Shown: positions 1-16,322 of the stretch, piece by piece
How the letters are laid out: the number at the start of each line of letters is the position of its first letter
How positions within the stretch are numbered: the stretch's first letter is position 1
NCBI GenBank assembly: GCA_964016885.1
Contig: OZ024741.1
Coordinates: 407,030,001 to 407,094,000, forward strand
Direction: 5' to 3'
DNA length: 64,000 nucleotides
Source: Eledone cirrhosa
Taxonomy: Eukaryota
Program-made: the position numbers and the translations under genes
The notes under the pieces: generated by a model
The model's input: the letters and a program-made list of their open reading frames with translations, nothing else
The model's database searches: none
Told to the model about the DNA's origin: nothing

Positions 1-5
1 CATAT

Positions 6-83
<78 letters not shown>

Positions 84-94
84 ATATATATATA

Positions 95-182
<88 letters not shown>

Positions 183-190
183 TTTTCATT

Positions 191-222
<32 letters not shown>

Positions 223-317
223 TATGAGCATCCCCACTGAAAGTCTTTTCAAGACTATACAGACCATTTGTAGTCTTTCCAAATTGAAGGATGAGTATTT
301 TAAACTTTATTTTATCA

Positions 318-565
318 CGGCCCTTTGCGTTCTGAGTTCAAATCCGCCGAGGTTAACTTTGCCTTTCATCCTTACGAGATCGATAAAATAAAGTACCAGT
401 GTTGCACTGGGGTAATCGCTGGCCTTGTGCCAACAGTAGAAACTCTATTTTTAGTTCAAATCCCGCCGAGGTTAACTTTGCCTTTCATCCTTACGGGGCC
501 GATAAAATAAAGTACCAGTAAGGCACTGGGTTATTGCTGGCCTTGTACCAAAAGTAGAAACAATT
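318..565 (+). mobile_element. Two tandem 5'-truncated copies of tRNA-derived SINE family 1 (Deu/Nin-like central domain)
   Basis: B-box-like gagttcaaatccc, core gcctttcatccttacggggtcgataaaataaagtaccag, 3' ggccttgtgccaaaagtagaaac; same sequence recurs more than 12 times in the window. Confidence 0.85.
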
Positions 566-1746
566 ATATTTGAATACATTTCTGTTTACAACTATGTTTG
601 TATGTGTTTCTATCTATCTCTTATTCTCTCTGTAGTCTGAGTATATATGTTTACACTTGTTTGTGTGTGAAGGAGGTGAGTAGAATTTTATATTTGGCAC
701 ATGATATTCTTAAAGATCAGCTGACACAAGGTGACGTTAAGATGATCTTTTCCCTAACAAACAGCTTACTCAGTCATTTAAATTTCGATTATTCTCGTTC
801 ATTGACTTTTTTCTAATTTATTACATCCTATTTTCATATATGCACAGATTTAAATTTAGTTCTCTTCAAATAAAATGAATGCCGACACATGTACAAAGTT
901 CATATTGACCTATTGTCTTAAAACACAAGGCAAGAAGAAAAAAGGAATCTGTTTCAGTTACAGAACATGTGGCGCCATCTTGTTAATGCAATTATAATTG
1001 TGAAAGGGGAATAACCTTGTTAAATTTATAGATTTAAAAAAGATGTAGGCCGATTAATGTTTTTATTGTTATTCTCTTATAATTTATTGAAAAGTGATTT
1101 TGAAGAACTTCTTTTAGAATAAGAAATAGTGCACCAAGAATGTTAGATTTATTCAGTATAGATCAGGTCGGATATAAATTCCATATATGAGAGCCAACAT
1201 TACTGAGACATGTCTAAGGCGTTAGAAATCATTTGGCAGAGGGCTAAATTGTGTGATATATATGAAATATACATTAATATAATTGTAATGATATTTGAAA
1301 CCAGAAAACAATTGTGTGAATTGCAGTATTTATATAGTGATAATAGAATTCTAGAATTGTAGACTGGATTTGGACAAGGAAAACAAGATTTGTTTGTCTT
1401 AGCTATTCAAATAAAAACAAAATGCTATATTGGGCTTTGGTAAACGTATGTTACTTTATTCTATAAATAATAACGGACACATCGTGAGCGTTAACATATT
1501 CTTCCTAGATAAAACATTTCATTTTTGTCAAATCTCGTTCAGTTGGCTGGCTGTAGCGATGTAGAATTGTGCTTTCGATAGACAAACTCTTAACGAATTT
1601 GGCGTATCATGACAAGATAGGTTATGAACATAGTGTGGAAGGAAAAGTCTAATAATAGAAGGAGCTGACTCGAGCAAACGAAGTAACTAAACCGATCAAA
1701 TCAAACTATCAGGAATAAATTATAATAGAGATTTAGATCGATAAAT

Positions 1747-1852
1747 AATTGCTTATACTTTTGGCACAAGGCCAGCAATTATCCCAGTGCATTACCGATG
1801 CTTTATTTTATCGACCCTGTAAAGATGAAAAGCAAAATTAACTTCGGCGGAT
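1747..1852 (-). mobile_element. SINE family 1 fragment
   Basis: Reverse complement of the SINE core and 3' end. Confidence 0.75.
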
Positions 1853-2371
1853 CGCTAAATAATAAATACATAAAATCCTTCACAATTATTTCGAAGTTGT
1901 CCACAGAATTGATCGATAACAGTTGCAAAAAATACTTGTTTCTGATCACTTAACCCTTTAGACTTTACATTACTCTATATTTACCATTGTATTATCAGAG
2001 TAAAGGCTTTACCTTACATAAATATCTCACATAAAATTGAATTTATGTGATTTTGATATTATTTATTTTGTGAACAATACCTTAACATAAGTTTGAGCAG
2101 CCAGTTACAGTTGGTTTGAACAGAAAGAGGTTAAAGAATTCTGCCCGGATATGGTAGTTCATATATAAACAGTTAAAAGTAATCTAAACTCATATACAAT
2201 ATGAATCGAAGATGTAATAATGTTTCTTGTATTTTTTATTAATTCTGATGAATCCAATCATTTGCTCATATAATTAACTATTAATTAATTGTATGTCTTA
2301 TGAGATGGACAAAATGTGCGTTAATTAAAATATGATATAATTAACAGTCTTTGGTCTTATTTTCAATGTTA

Positions 2372-2484
<113 letters not shown>

Positions 2485-2528
2485 TGTGTATAGATTTCTT
2501 ATCTGAAAACGTGTGTTGAAACAGATAC

Positions 2529-2893
2529 TGTTATATTTCGGAGGGCCATGCTGCCAATAAAAACACACGCACTTGTTGGTTTTCACTTCAATTTATTATA
2601 AATTTCTGGTTGGTTGATTGGTTCGATAGCTGGAAGGTTGTTCATATATTGTCAAATGTCATTCGTCACACATTCTGTGACCTCCTAAGTGACTAGGATT
2701 TTATTTTGTATCTCTCCTTTCTTCTGTCCTACACACAAAAAACAAGATGATGTAGGAAAGAACAAATGAGAGACACAAAATAAAAACCTAGTCACTCAGG
2801 AGGTCACAGAATGTGTGACAAAAGAGCTTTGACAATACATAAACAATAATTCTGGCAATATTACGCAAATATGACCCTCCCCAAGTATAACAA
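2529..2893. mobile_element. Diverged inverted-repeat PLE-end insert (family C) with decayed HHRs
   Basis: Arms ~2637-2732 and ~2752-2846 are reverse complements; terminus gaccctccccaagtataacaata shared with 9784, 11578 and 26163 copies. Confidence 0.7.
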
Positions 2894-3001
2894 TATATAT
2901 ATATATATATATATGAAAAAGGTAAACGGAAATAACAAGACAATCGGTACAGTATATGGAAAGTATATATTAGGTTAACGCTTGATATAGCAGGAAGAGG
3001 G

Positions 3002-3037
3002 TCTTAACGTTTCGGACGCTAGTCCTTCATCAGAAGA
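3002..3037 (-). ncRNA. Minimal type I hammerhead ribozyme
   Basis: Minus strand TCTT-CTGATGA-aGGAC tagc GTCC-GAAA-CG-TT-AAGA; palindromic ACGT stem III; within a TA-flanked insert 2915-3092. Confidence 0.75.
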
Positions 3038-3534
3038 AAGAATGACAAATAAGATAGATTGAGGGGATGGGCGGGTTGGAATTGGAAAATAAATATATAT
3101 ATATATATATATGGGATATTGGTATAAAGAAATAGGAACGTGGATATCAGAATAATTGAAGCATTAAAAACGATCTTATGGTATTTGGTTGTGGATTTTG
3201 GTAGAGAATCTGGAACCTGGATGAGGATTTCTTAACCACTCGTCTACGTTATGTACAAATTAACATCTCTACGAACAGAAAACAGCAAGCTCCACTCTCC
3301 CATACATAAGACGATGTTTTATTCGACACTTCACTAATGTACTTGTCATGTCACCTGGTAATGGCAATTGAATTCCTACAGAACTGTTGGCTAAATATCA
3401 GTCATCTACCTTAGCTACAGCAGGTGAATATCATTATTAATGACTTCTCTCAACTTTGTCAAATTACCTTTTAGTCTTGCAATATTTCTAACACCCACAT
3501 AAACAGATATACACTCACAGACGTACATAGTCAC

Positions 3535-3620
<86 letters not shown>

Positions 3621-3705
3621 GTTTGCGTGTTTGTGTGTGTGTGTATAAAATACATACATGTATTTGATATATACATACATACACGTATATATATATATAT
3701 ATATA

Positions 3706-4285
3706 TTAAAATAACAGATTAAAGTTTAAGCAAAGAATCGCTGCTTTCATCCTTAAGGGGATTTTCTGAAACTAACAAAGTCAATCTGTGAACGCAGAAG
3801 TGAATATTTCAAAAGACTTTGCAACCGCAGGAAGACAGGAAGACGATACTTTGGTTCGTGGAAACGTTCCCTGGCAAAGAACGGGAAAAAAGCGAATATA
3901 ATACGTCATTAATAGGAGCGGTGAAAAACAATTACACGCAAAGACAAAACCACGTTTATGGTATAAAAGAGGTTGTAGACTAACATTCTATTAGGTGGTT
4001 CACCGCTCCAAATAATGACGTATTATATTCGTTTTTTCCCGTTCTTTGCCAGGGAACGTTTCCACGAACCAAAGTATCGTCTTCCTGTCTTCCTCCGGTT
4101 GCAAAGTTTTTTTAAATTGACTTTGTTAGTTTCAGAAGATCCCGTTAAGGGTGAAAGCAGCGATTCTTTGCTTAAACTTTAATCTGTTACTTTAATAAAT
4201 ATTTGCTCTACGGTTCTTATATATTTGATATATATTTATCCTTATCGAGCCCTCTTTGGATTTCAGTCTTCAAATTTATTATTAT

Positions 4286-4290
<5 letters not shown>
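3706..4290. mobile_element. Palindromic non-coding insert of the Naiad family A 3' end (pLTR), HHR at 4128-4178 (+)
   Basis: Arms 3706-3925 and 4000-4194 inverted, plus tail to 4290; near-identical to 36232-36620; (TA)n on both sides. Confidence 0.88.
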
Positions 4291-4330
<40 letters not shown>

Positions 4331-4333
<3 letters not shown>

Positions 4334-5079
4334 TAAATCATGTCCTTAGAATTATTAGATAAAATATATACCATTTCCTCTCCCAATTAGCATAATTAAC
4401 CATATAAAAAATCAATTAGACCAAGCTATACGAAGAAAGGCTCTTATGAAGAAATCTCCGACAAATAACCGAAAGTGGCCTCTTCGCGGTGGCCCCAATA
4501 GAGTATTTATCCAACATTTCGACAGCATGTAGTAACTAACTAAATATACCATCAACCATACACAATTAGGTGTAAAATTAAACTGAGAAGAAATGTGTAC
4601 ATACCGTAATTATATCTCTACCATGGTTTCATCCGTATTTTTAGAGATCCAATTAATAGGAATGTCTTGAGTTAGGATTCATCAGGAGACAAACTCAAAA
4701 TTAGACATTTAGTTTTCCAACGTGATCGCGCCAAAATTAGATTAAAAAATGGCTAAGAATCGCAATGTGGCTGTGGTCAAGCTAGAAAGAATGTGATTGG
4801 TTGCTTACGGCGGGTAGGCTTGTTGCTAGAAAGCGCAGCCAAATATCGCCAAATTGTATCTCAACCTAACGGAAGATTATTAAATATAAAGGTTTACATA
4901 TACATAAAGTTATAGATATATATGTTGCAACCGGTCACTTTTTGGCTCTATGAAGAATTAATAAATTAAATAATAAGAGTAATATATCATAAATCATGTC
5001 CTTAGAATTATTAGATAAAATATATACAATTTCCTCTCCCAATTAGCATAATTAACCATATAAAAAATCAATTAGACCA
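4331..5079 (-). mobile_element. Retrozyme-like / non-autonomous PLE unit (~656 bp monomer plus 93 bp terminal direct repeat)
   Basis: 4331-4423 repeated at 4987-5079; internal HHR; (TA)n on both sides; no ORF. Confidence 0.7.
4614..4689 (-). ncRNA. Type I hammerhead ribozyme
   Basis: Minus strand TCTC-CTGATGA-ATCC...GGAT-GAAA-CCATGG-TA-GAGA; all three stems pair. Confidence 0.8.
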
Positions 5080-5103
5080 TATATATATATATATATATAT
5101 ATT

Positions 5104-6578
5104 AGGTTATGCAAGAAATGCTTAGGATTATCCTAAATGCAGTAATGGTTAATTACTACACTAGATAGAGTCGACGTACGGTGAGGGGTTACTCAACGAG
5201 TTACAAAAGAACAGTTAAAGAAACTTGGTTTCCGATTCTTCTATATTCCGGAGTGTAGATAAAGAATGATTATTAAAACAGGTAGACGTCATAAAAAGGT
5301 AATTTATTCCAAGTGTTTACAAATGTTTCTTTAGTAGTTACACAGCCTAGTCATACTATATGCAAATTGGTAGTTATTAAATTGCAGATACTCAATTTTC
5401 AAATGCTGTTCGTACCACCAATTCTTCAGAACGAATGGCTGAATTATGGTTTCTTTGTATTTCTTAAATGGAGTAATTGAGGAAGATAGAGTAGAAAAAG
5501 GAAGAGAGAAGGGAAAGAGAGAGAGAGAGAGAGAGAGAGATGTAGGCGTAGGAGAAATGGGAGGGAGTAGTTTGAAGAATACAGATAGCTTAATCCAAAT
5601 GTTGTGATAGGGGTCCAAGTGGTTTTATTATACTGCTTCTCAAAGTTACAACTTAGGTATTGTGTTGATATTGTCAAGTTTGGAATTATTTATTGCCACA
5701 GAGAGCAGGTTAATAGATGTAGAGAAGGAGGGAGATAGACAGAAAGCGAGAGAGAGAGTGAGAGAAAGGGAGAGAAAGAAAGAGAGAGAGGAGGGACAGA
5801 AACAAGTTAAAAGAAGGGGAAGGAAAGGCGATATACACCGAGTTGATAGTTGTAGTTTGCTGATCGTACTTATGTATCCATTTATTACGATAAGCAAGGT
5901 AATGATTAGTAGCGGGGGGGGGGGGGGGGGATTAAGTTAGGAAGTAAGTATTGAGTGAAATTAGTTAGCGAGAAAGTGGTGTAGTAGTCTCGGGTTCAAA
6001 TTATGTTAAATTACATTCATAGTGAGAACATTTAGCCTTCAGATTGTGGTTGCAAATCGTTCGATTCTGTCATTTAGTAAATTGTTTTTAGATTTCAAGA
6101 TATAAAAAAGTTCAAGGTTGCATAATCTGCAGTATTTTAAGCCACTCTGATATGCACTAGCGCTGGATAATTTATCCCTTTTTAGGGTGAACTGCCTGTT
6201 GTATTCATGGAGTTGCCACGTCTTATTAGCGAGCGTAGTTACATAACGGTGTTCAGGATGTTTAATCGAAAATCAATGACGATACCAGCGTGATTTAGAG
6301 GAGGTAGTGGTAGACCCGACGTAATACCATTTCTGGTGTTTTGATTCGACAGTGCATGATAAACGAAATACAAAGAAATACAAAGAAACCATAATTCAGC
6401 CATTCGTTCTGAAGAATTGGTGGTACGAACTGCATTTGAAAATTGAGTATCTGCAATTTAATAACTACCAATTTGCATATAGCATGACTAGGCTGTGTAA
6501 CTACTAAGGAAACATTTGTAAACACTTGGAATAAATTACTTTTTTATGATGTCATCCTGTTTTATTAATCATTCTTTT
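5104..6578 (-). mobile_element. 5'-truncated Naiad-type PLE with inverted pLTR; GIY-YIG relic at ~6050-6365
   Basis: Minus-strand translation YYVGST..SKSRWYRH*..TTLANKTWQL..AYQSGLKYCRLCNLE..LLNDRIE parallels the C-terminus of the 37311-39440 protein; 5264-5463 inverted at 6375-6575; HHR-like CTGAAGA...GAAA ATTG..CAAT at 6405-6465. Confidence 0.78.
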
Positions 6579-6601
6579 TTTATATATATATATATATAAA
6601 A

Positions 6602-6666
<65 letters not shown>

Positions 6667-6777
6667 CATACATACATATATACAGTATATATACACTTAT
6701 ATATATATGTGTGTGTGTGTTTGTGTGTGTGCTTGTATATATATATATGAGAGGGTGAGAACGAGTATGGGTGTGTA

Positions 6778-6830
<53 letters not shown>

Positions 6831-6850
6831 CAGAGAGAGAGAGAGGAAGG

Positions 6851-6936
<86 letters not shown>

Positions 6937-7416
6937 TGAATCACACACATATTCTTTAACTCTTCTCTAATTCTATTTCACGGACATGAATCCTACTTCC
7001 AATTAAATATTTAATCGTGCACCTGCAGGCTTCTAAATATACCATTACACAATATAATTTTCAATTCTTTCTTTTTTAATCAGAAGACTTATAATTCTTT
7101 GTAAATCCTCGCGCCTATGAATCTTTATTCTATCTCATTAAAAGAACGATTAGAATCATCACTTGTGCTAAATGTCTTTCTGAAGTTCCAGGGAGGTTGC
7201 CTGATGTAATAATTCTTTGTTCCAAGATAACTATTGTGAGTTGAATTCTAAACTTAGTCCATCTCCACATTGAAAGATATAAAAACATGGAAAACATTAG
7301 AATGAACACACCGAACAATTTGTAATGAATGCGGTTAGTTAAATGTTTAGGAGGCGAATGTGTGTTTGTGTGAGTGTGTGTACATGTGTGTGTTAGAGTC
7401 TCTCTCTCTCTCTCTC

Positions 7417-7490
<74 letters not shown>

Positions 7491-7609
7491 GGAGGTGAGT
7501 TTTATTGTAGTACAATAAAGCAATGCAGATCGGATAAGAAGTACTCTACAGTTTGTAGGACTGGAGTATACATAATATATATATATATATATATACCTCT
7601 CTCTCTCTC

Positions 7610-7668
<59 letters not shown>

Positions 7669-7858
7669 ACCCTCTGTGTATTGGTGTGTACGTCTGTGTG
7701 TGAGTATTTTGAATTTATTATTTATTTCAATGTTCAATGATACGAGGCCTTGAATTCTTTTACTATAATCACAGTTTAACCAATATCATCGTTTGTGAAA
7801 TGTCATTGTCAAACTCTGTTGGGGCTCGCCTTAACTATAAACATAAATACAGACACTG

Positions 7859-7936
<78 letters not shown>

Positions 7937-8080
7937 ACAAACACACACACACACACTGGAAGACATGAATTAACACACGTACACATATACACACGAACAC
8001 GCAAACAGGCATATTGACATATATTGACAAATATATTTACACACATGCACTCACAGACACACACACACACTGACACAACG

Positions 8081-8157
<77 letters not shown>

Positions 8158-8826
8158 AGAGAAAGAGAGGAAGAAATAAAGGGAGGGACTTGTCTGTGAT
8201 TATAGAAAAACTTATAACCTAAAGCTATCAAATAAAATTTCCAAGTAAATCTATTATTTGAGACAACTGCTCTTTTTTATTCTTATTGTCGACAGTTAAG
8301 AGACAGTTCGGGCCCTTTATGGCTCCCCTTCCTTGTACATATTTGTTTTAAGAACGATGTATTTCGTGAACATATTGCATAACTTGTTTTCTGTTTGGAT
8401 TCATTATAACTAAAAGACGTTTCACATAAACAAAATTTTCCTAGCATCTGAAAGTGTACAATCTTATTTTTTTACGAATGTATTCATGAACCTATTGTAC
8501 AAGACTGTAAGATCTGCTATATTTTTGCAAGATGTGTTCCGTTTATTTCAATATAATTAAATGCTATTCAAATATATATCTATACTACGACGCAAAAGTA
8601 GTTATTCATCTGTTGTACGTGTAAAATACAAAGAGAATAACTAAAATATATTTGACAATTAAAACTATAGAAATGAAATTGTGTTGGTACCAATGATATA
8701 TGTAACTTGTTTGAATATCTACTGGAAATTGTTATATAATTGGAAATATTATTTTCAAAAGGAAAGGGTTTTATATATATATATATATATATTATTGTTA
8801 TTATTATATGTTTGTTAATACTAAAT

Positions 8827-8860
<34 letters not shown>

Positions 8861-8861
8861 A

Positions 8862-8975
8862 GGACCCCGACGGCTGAGCTTAAGCCGTTTCGACGGCTAA
8901 TTCTTGACTAAAAGATTTTAGTCCAGAATTAGCCGTCGAAACGGCTTGAGCTCAGCCGTCGGGGTCCTACTCGCT

Positions 8976-8977
<2 letters not shown>
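8862..8977. mobile_element. Mini palindrome of PLE family B 3' end (HHR 3' half only)
   Basis: ggaccccgacggctgagc...agccgtcggggtcc inverted repeat between (TA)n tracts; matches 17161-17215. Confidence 0.8.
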
Positions 8978-9040
<63 letters not shown>

Positions 9041-9628
9041 TTGTATGTCTGTATGCAGAAAAAAAGAGAACAAAAAAGGACAGACAGACAGAGACAGAGA
9101 GATAAATAGGTAACAGATAGTTACATGAAGTTGTAAAAAAAATATGTCTATTTGTAAAATAAGCTGAATGCATGTTTATATTTGATACAATGTTGTTACA
9201 GACACGAAAGCGTGAGTACGCTACAGGAAGTAAAGTAAAAAGATTGAAGATCAGAAGATAATAACATGTATAGAGATGAAGCAAGAGAGGTTCCTCTATT
9301 GTGTCATGCAATCTGCTAGAATTAGTCTGAAATCACTATATACTTTCTTTAAAAAACATGAACTATATAGAAGGATATGTGGCCTGAGGTAAATTCTCTT
9401 TGGAAATAAAGTTTGTCATCGTTAGAATGGTATTAATCATAGATCTGCCTCTAAAATATAACATGAGATAACATGATTGATATTTTGTCAATAATTGAGA
9501 TATCGAACATGGATATTAATGCAGGCGTAGATGTGTGTGTTTAGAAATTTTGCTTCATCTATATATAAATAACTCAATCTCGGTCTTTTTTCAAATACAT
9601 ACATGCATACAAGCACACATATAAACAT

Positions 9629-9684
<56 letters not shown>

Positions 9685-9783
9685 AAGGAATTGTGGTAAG
9701 GAACCAGATGGACCATAACGCACCAGAGTACTCAATACTTAGGGTAGTAGAGTATGAATAGGAAAAATATATATATATATATA

Positions 9784-11578
9784 TTATACTTGGGGAGGGT
9801 CATATTGTTGTAATAATATTGCCAGAATTAATAACAGAACACACTCACTGTTTGGTTGGTTTTCGCTTCTGTACCTTTTATATCAGTTAATTTATTCAGT
9901 CCTCAATGTTTACCATTGACTGACCAACGGTCAAAAATACAGATATAATACAGACACAAATACATATATATATACGGTCTAACAAAGTTCTTCGTTGGAC
10001 GTCTGCAACATCGTCAGTGATGCTATTATGTTTTCCCCTGTTGTATTGTATGTCTACACCATCTTTATTTAATCTCTTTATTTATTTATCTATTTTTGTC
10101 TTCTTCTCTGCGCATGCGTTTGCGTCTGTGTATGGTGTTTGATGTGTGTTCGTGTTTGGGTGACTGTGTTTTGGTTATTGTATTCTATCTTATTTTATTA
10201 GTGTGTGCTTATATGGGTTTGTTGTTATTGTGCTTGTGTATGTATTTATTTATTTATTTATATTTGTCTTAGGTCAGTATTGTTTGTTTGGGTGTTGTTG
10301 TTATTCCATTCATTTTTTTCTGTTTAGCTTTTGCTTTCTAAGTTCTATTTCACTGGACTTTCTGATTTGCCTATCTGCTGGGTCATTTTCTATATTTAGA
10401 TATTATTTTAATTTGTATCTCGTCTATATTACGGTCGTGTTGTTGTCTGGTGTTTTCGTATAGTACTGAACCGTTATTTCGTCCTTTTAGTTCCCCCAGT
10501 GTTGGTCTATCCTTTCACCTATGCTACGAGCTGTCTCGCCTATGTATGTAGTTGTCATGTTTCTGCAAGTACCCTCTGTACATTTTATGCTATAGACTAC
10601 ATTTCTAGTTTTACAGTTTATCCGGGGATTTACTTTACATATAATACATTTCCTATTAGTACAGTGGTTTTCTTAAAAGGGTATGATTTGCTGATCAGCG
10701 ATCTTATGGTGGTTCCTGGTTTTTGTTCCACCTTAAACTTTAAGTGGGTCTTTCTCATGGCCTTTCTTCACTGGTTAGCTAATTTCCCTCCAGTGGTAGC
10801 GTCCACGAACAAGACACTCTGGTATCTCTGGTTGTCGTACCATAAGGTGGCTTTCCCTATCTTATGTTTAGTCCTATCTAAGCTATTCCATGATTTGCTC
10901 CTGTATAATGGGTACATTCCTTTCAGGTCCAGTTCTATGAGGGTCTTATACTTCTCCGTGGCCCCTTCGTATACTCTGATTCTGTCTCTTTGGTTGTAGC
11001 CAGAGAACTGCATGCGGTTGATGAAGTGTTAGATGTGTCTTTCCATTTCTGTTGGGTCGCACATGCGGGACACGTTCTTCATCATTCGTACCAAGTCTGC
11101 GATCAGAATATTAAACTTAGCACTACTGGACATTGCTGAGTTTTTGAGTATCAGGTATTTGGAGGCCATGGGTTTAGCATAGTGTGAGTGAAGAATTTGG
11201 GCTCTCTCGTCTATAATGTTAATCCAGAGTTCCGTGTCTAATACAGGTAGTCTATTGTTAGGGTGTTAAATAAATAAACAGATTAAATAAAGATGGCGTA
11301 GACATACAATACCTCAAGAGGAAACATAATAGCACCACTGACGATGTTGCAGATGTTTAACGAAAGAACTTTGTAAGACTATATATATGTGTTTGTGTCT
11401 ATATTATATCTGTATTTTTGACCGTTGGTCAGTCAATGGTAAACATTGAGGACCGAATAAATTAACTGATATAAAAGATACAGAAGCGAAAACCAAACAA
11501 ACAGTGAGTGTGTTCTGTTATTAATTCTGTTCTGGCAATATTATTACAATATAGGACCCTCCCCAAGTATAACAATAT
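9784..11578 (-). mobile_element. 5'-truncated PLE (family C) with inverted pLTR; decayed RT thumb + Cx4Cx2C linker + GIY-YIG at ~10300-11265
   Basis: Minus strand MQFSGY..PLYRSKSW..WY..SVLFVDAT, then after a frameshift CTNRKCIIC..NCKTRNVVYSIKC..C..YIGETARSIGER; 9784-10070 inverted at 11272-11578; CTGACGA...GAAA at 11338-11375. Confidence 0.82.
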
Positions 11579-11616
11579 TTGATTCGACACACGATTTCAT
11601 ATCAAAAACCTCGCAC

Positions 11617-14076
<2,460 letters not shown>

Positions 14077-14310
14077 TATAGAGAGAGAGGATCACACTAT
14101 ATCGTTAAAGGTAATCCGATAAGAGGTTGTGAAAACTACTTATCATGGATAGTTTAAGCGTACGGCGTTCTGTGATTCAACAAGAGGTTTACGTGGATAG
14201 CGAGTTAATGACTTCACTTTGTATTCCCATGTAAGTAGATCTTGGAGTGATAACATTGAAAATTGAAGAATAACATGGTCAACAGTACAAACAAGGAAAT
14301 TTATTTACAA

Positions 14311-14409
14311 TCTAACAATTGTTTCCATGATAGAGATGTCTAGAAATTGCTAAACACTGAAGGCACTCAATTTGAAAAAACATGCAACCTTCATCATTTC
14401 ATCAGAGAC
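14311..14409 (-). ncRNA. Type I hammerhead ribozyme with long stem II insertion, in a PLE-end-like relic (~14090-14810)
   Basis: Minus strand TCT-CTGATGA-aATGAT...ATCATg-GAAA-CAATTG-TT-AGA. Confidence 0.6.
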
Positions 14410-14809
14410 TAATAGAAAATACAAAATATATGCGTAACGGTAAATTTATAAATTCAACTTACCACATCAATAATGATATTAATAATAAAGATATAGAGAG
14501 AAATAAAGGAAGGGGGACAGATGGAAAGGAGGGGGGGGGGGGGGACGAAAGAGAAAACGAAAATACAGTTATATGCACAACCGGCAAAATTACGAAATCA
14601 AACTATCACATCAAAATAAATATTGATAATAAAGATACAGATAGAAAGAAAGGGGGATAGATGTAGTAAAGGTAGGGAAGAAAAAGAAGGATGAAGGAGG
14701 AAAAAGAGAAAGAGATAGAGAAAGATGAAGAAGGAAACAGAAAAACAGGTAGAGACATCATGTGGAAGACAGAAGAATTAAGGCGTGCGACAGGATGAGT
14801 AATGGTTGA

Positions 14810-14897
<88 letters not shown>

Positions 14898-15189
14898 TGT
14901 GTCTGCGATGTTGATCCCGAGAAGACCACAAATTACAGGAGTACTCAATACATGGGAAATTGCAGAATGGTATCAACCCGACGCGACGCCGAGCGGTTAC
15001 GCGTTATGGTCAGTAAGCCTTTCAAGTGTGTACTGGGGTTACGAAGAACATCGATTCTCTTTAGAGTTTACATGGGAATGTGGAGAATTAGGAAACGCTT
15101 TAGTTTGCAATCTATGTATTAGTGGAATCAGGGTTTTACGAGAAAATGAGATTTAGATGCGTTGTGTGAGCTTCAATGTAGGTGGTACT

Positions 15190-15360
15190 TGGTGAAGGTA
15201 CATGGCTTAGTGGTTGGATGATTGGATTCACAATCGTGAGTTCGATTCCTGTATCGGAGGATGCGTTACGTTCTTGAGCAAGACATTTTATTTCACGTTG
15301 ATCTTTCTGCCAGGAATTTTGACCGGTAGATAGTATCAGTAATGGAAAGACCTGTAGAAA
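15190..15360 (+). mobile_element. tRNA-derived SINE family 2 (V/Meta-like gtccttgagcaagac core)
   Basis: A-box tggcttagtgg, B-box gagttcgattcc; homologous to 49630-49835. Confidence 0.72.
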
Positions 15361-15699
15361 CATTGATTCCTTCGTCCGGTTTGACGAGTTCCTCCCCCTA
15401 CTCGAGAAGCGAATGAGCTCTGGGATCTTGTCCATCGATTCCTATATAAGGCTTGCTACTTCAGAGATATAAAAGCCAAGTCAGTTTTATTGGGTAGAGA
15501 ATCAAATAGGTGGAACTGCATGTCTTATGAGGATCATGTTCGAGTGTTTAAGTATGGAACAGATATTTGGTTGTCAGGGAGAATATTAATTTATTGTTGT
15601 ACTAAAGAATGACTTGTCAAGAGAAATCATTCACAATTAATAATTCATTAGTTTCCTGTTTAATATTTAATATTATTTGAGGATGGTAGATTTACAGAA

Positions 15700-15995
15700 C
15701 TGGTAGATAAACGTAATTGGTAAATTGGTAGATTGGTAGAATTGATAGAGAGACAGAATTGGTAATTGACCAAATTGGTTGATAGACAGAATTGGTAGAT
15801 TGACCAAATTGGTAGATAGACAGAATTGGTAGATTGACCAAATTGGTAGATAGACAGAATTGGTAGATTGACCAAATTGGTAGATAGGTAGAATTGGTAG
15901 ATTGACCAAATTGGCAGATAGACAGAATTGGTAGGTTGACCAAATTGGTAGATAGACAGAATTGGTAGATTGACCAAATTGGTAGATAGTCAGAA
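15700..15995 (+). repeat. 34-bp minisatellite (attggtagattgaccaaattggtagatagacaga)n, about 6-7 units
   Basis: Direct tandem repeats visible; runs into a SINE head at ~15990. Confidence 0.9.
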
Positions 15996-16322
15996 TTGTT
16001 AGAGCGTCGGATGAAATGCTATTGTGACATTTGTGCTATCTTTTTTTACATTCTGAGTTCATATTACCGCCAAATTCAACTTTGTATTTCATCCTCACCG
16101 GTTCGATACAATAAGGTACCAGTCAACAATTGGGGTTGATTTAAGCGACTTCTCTCTTTTTCTGAATTTATCATCTTTATGTCTGCATTACAAATCAATA
16201 TTGAATTCTTTCATTATCCCGCCGAGGTTGACTTTGCCTTTTACCCTTACGGGGTCGATAAAATAAAGTACCAGTAATGCACTGGGTAATTGCTGGCCTT
16301 GTGCCTAAAGTAGAAACGATTA
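15990..16322 (+). mobile_element. Two SINE family 1 copies (old 15990-16200; younger truncated 16218-16322)
   Basis: SINE core and 3' end motifs. Confidence 0.75.

Noticed and set aside
6960-7330. Possible host exon (hydrophobic 62-aa ORF; pyrimidine tract + AG at ~7083)
   Set aside because: No recognisable homology or consistent splice pair; cannot be supported. The same applies to 14899-15156
15700-15995. CRISPR-like regular repeats
   Set aside because: No unique spacers, no cas genes, eukaryotic context; it is a minisatellite
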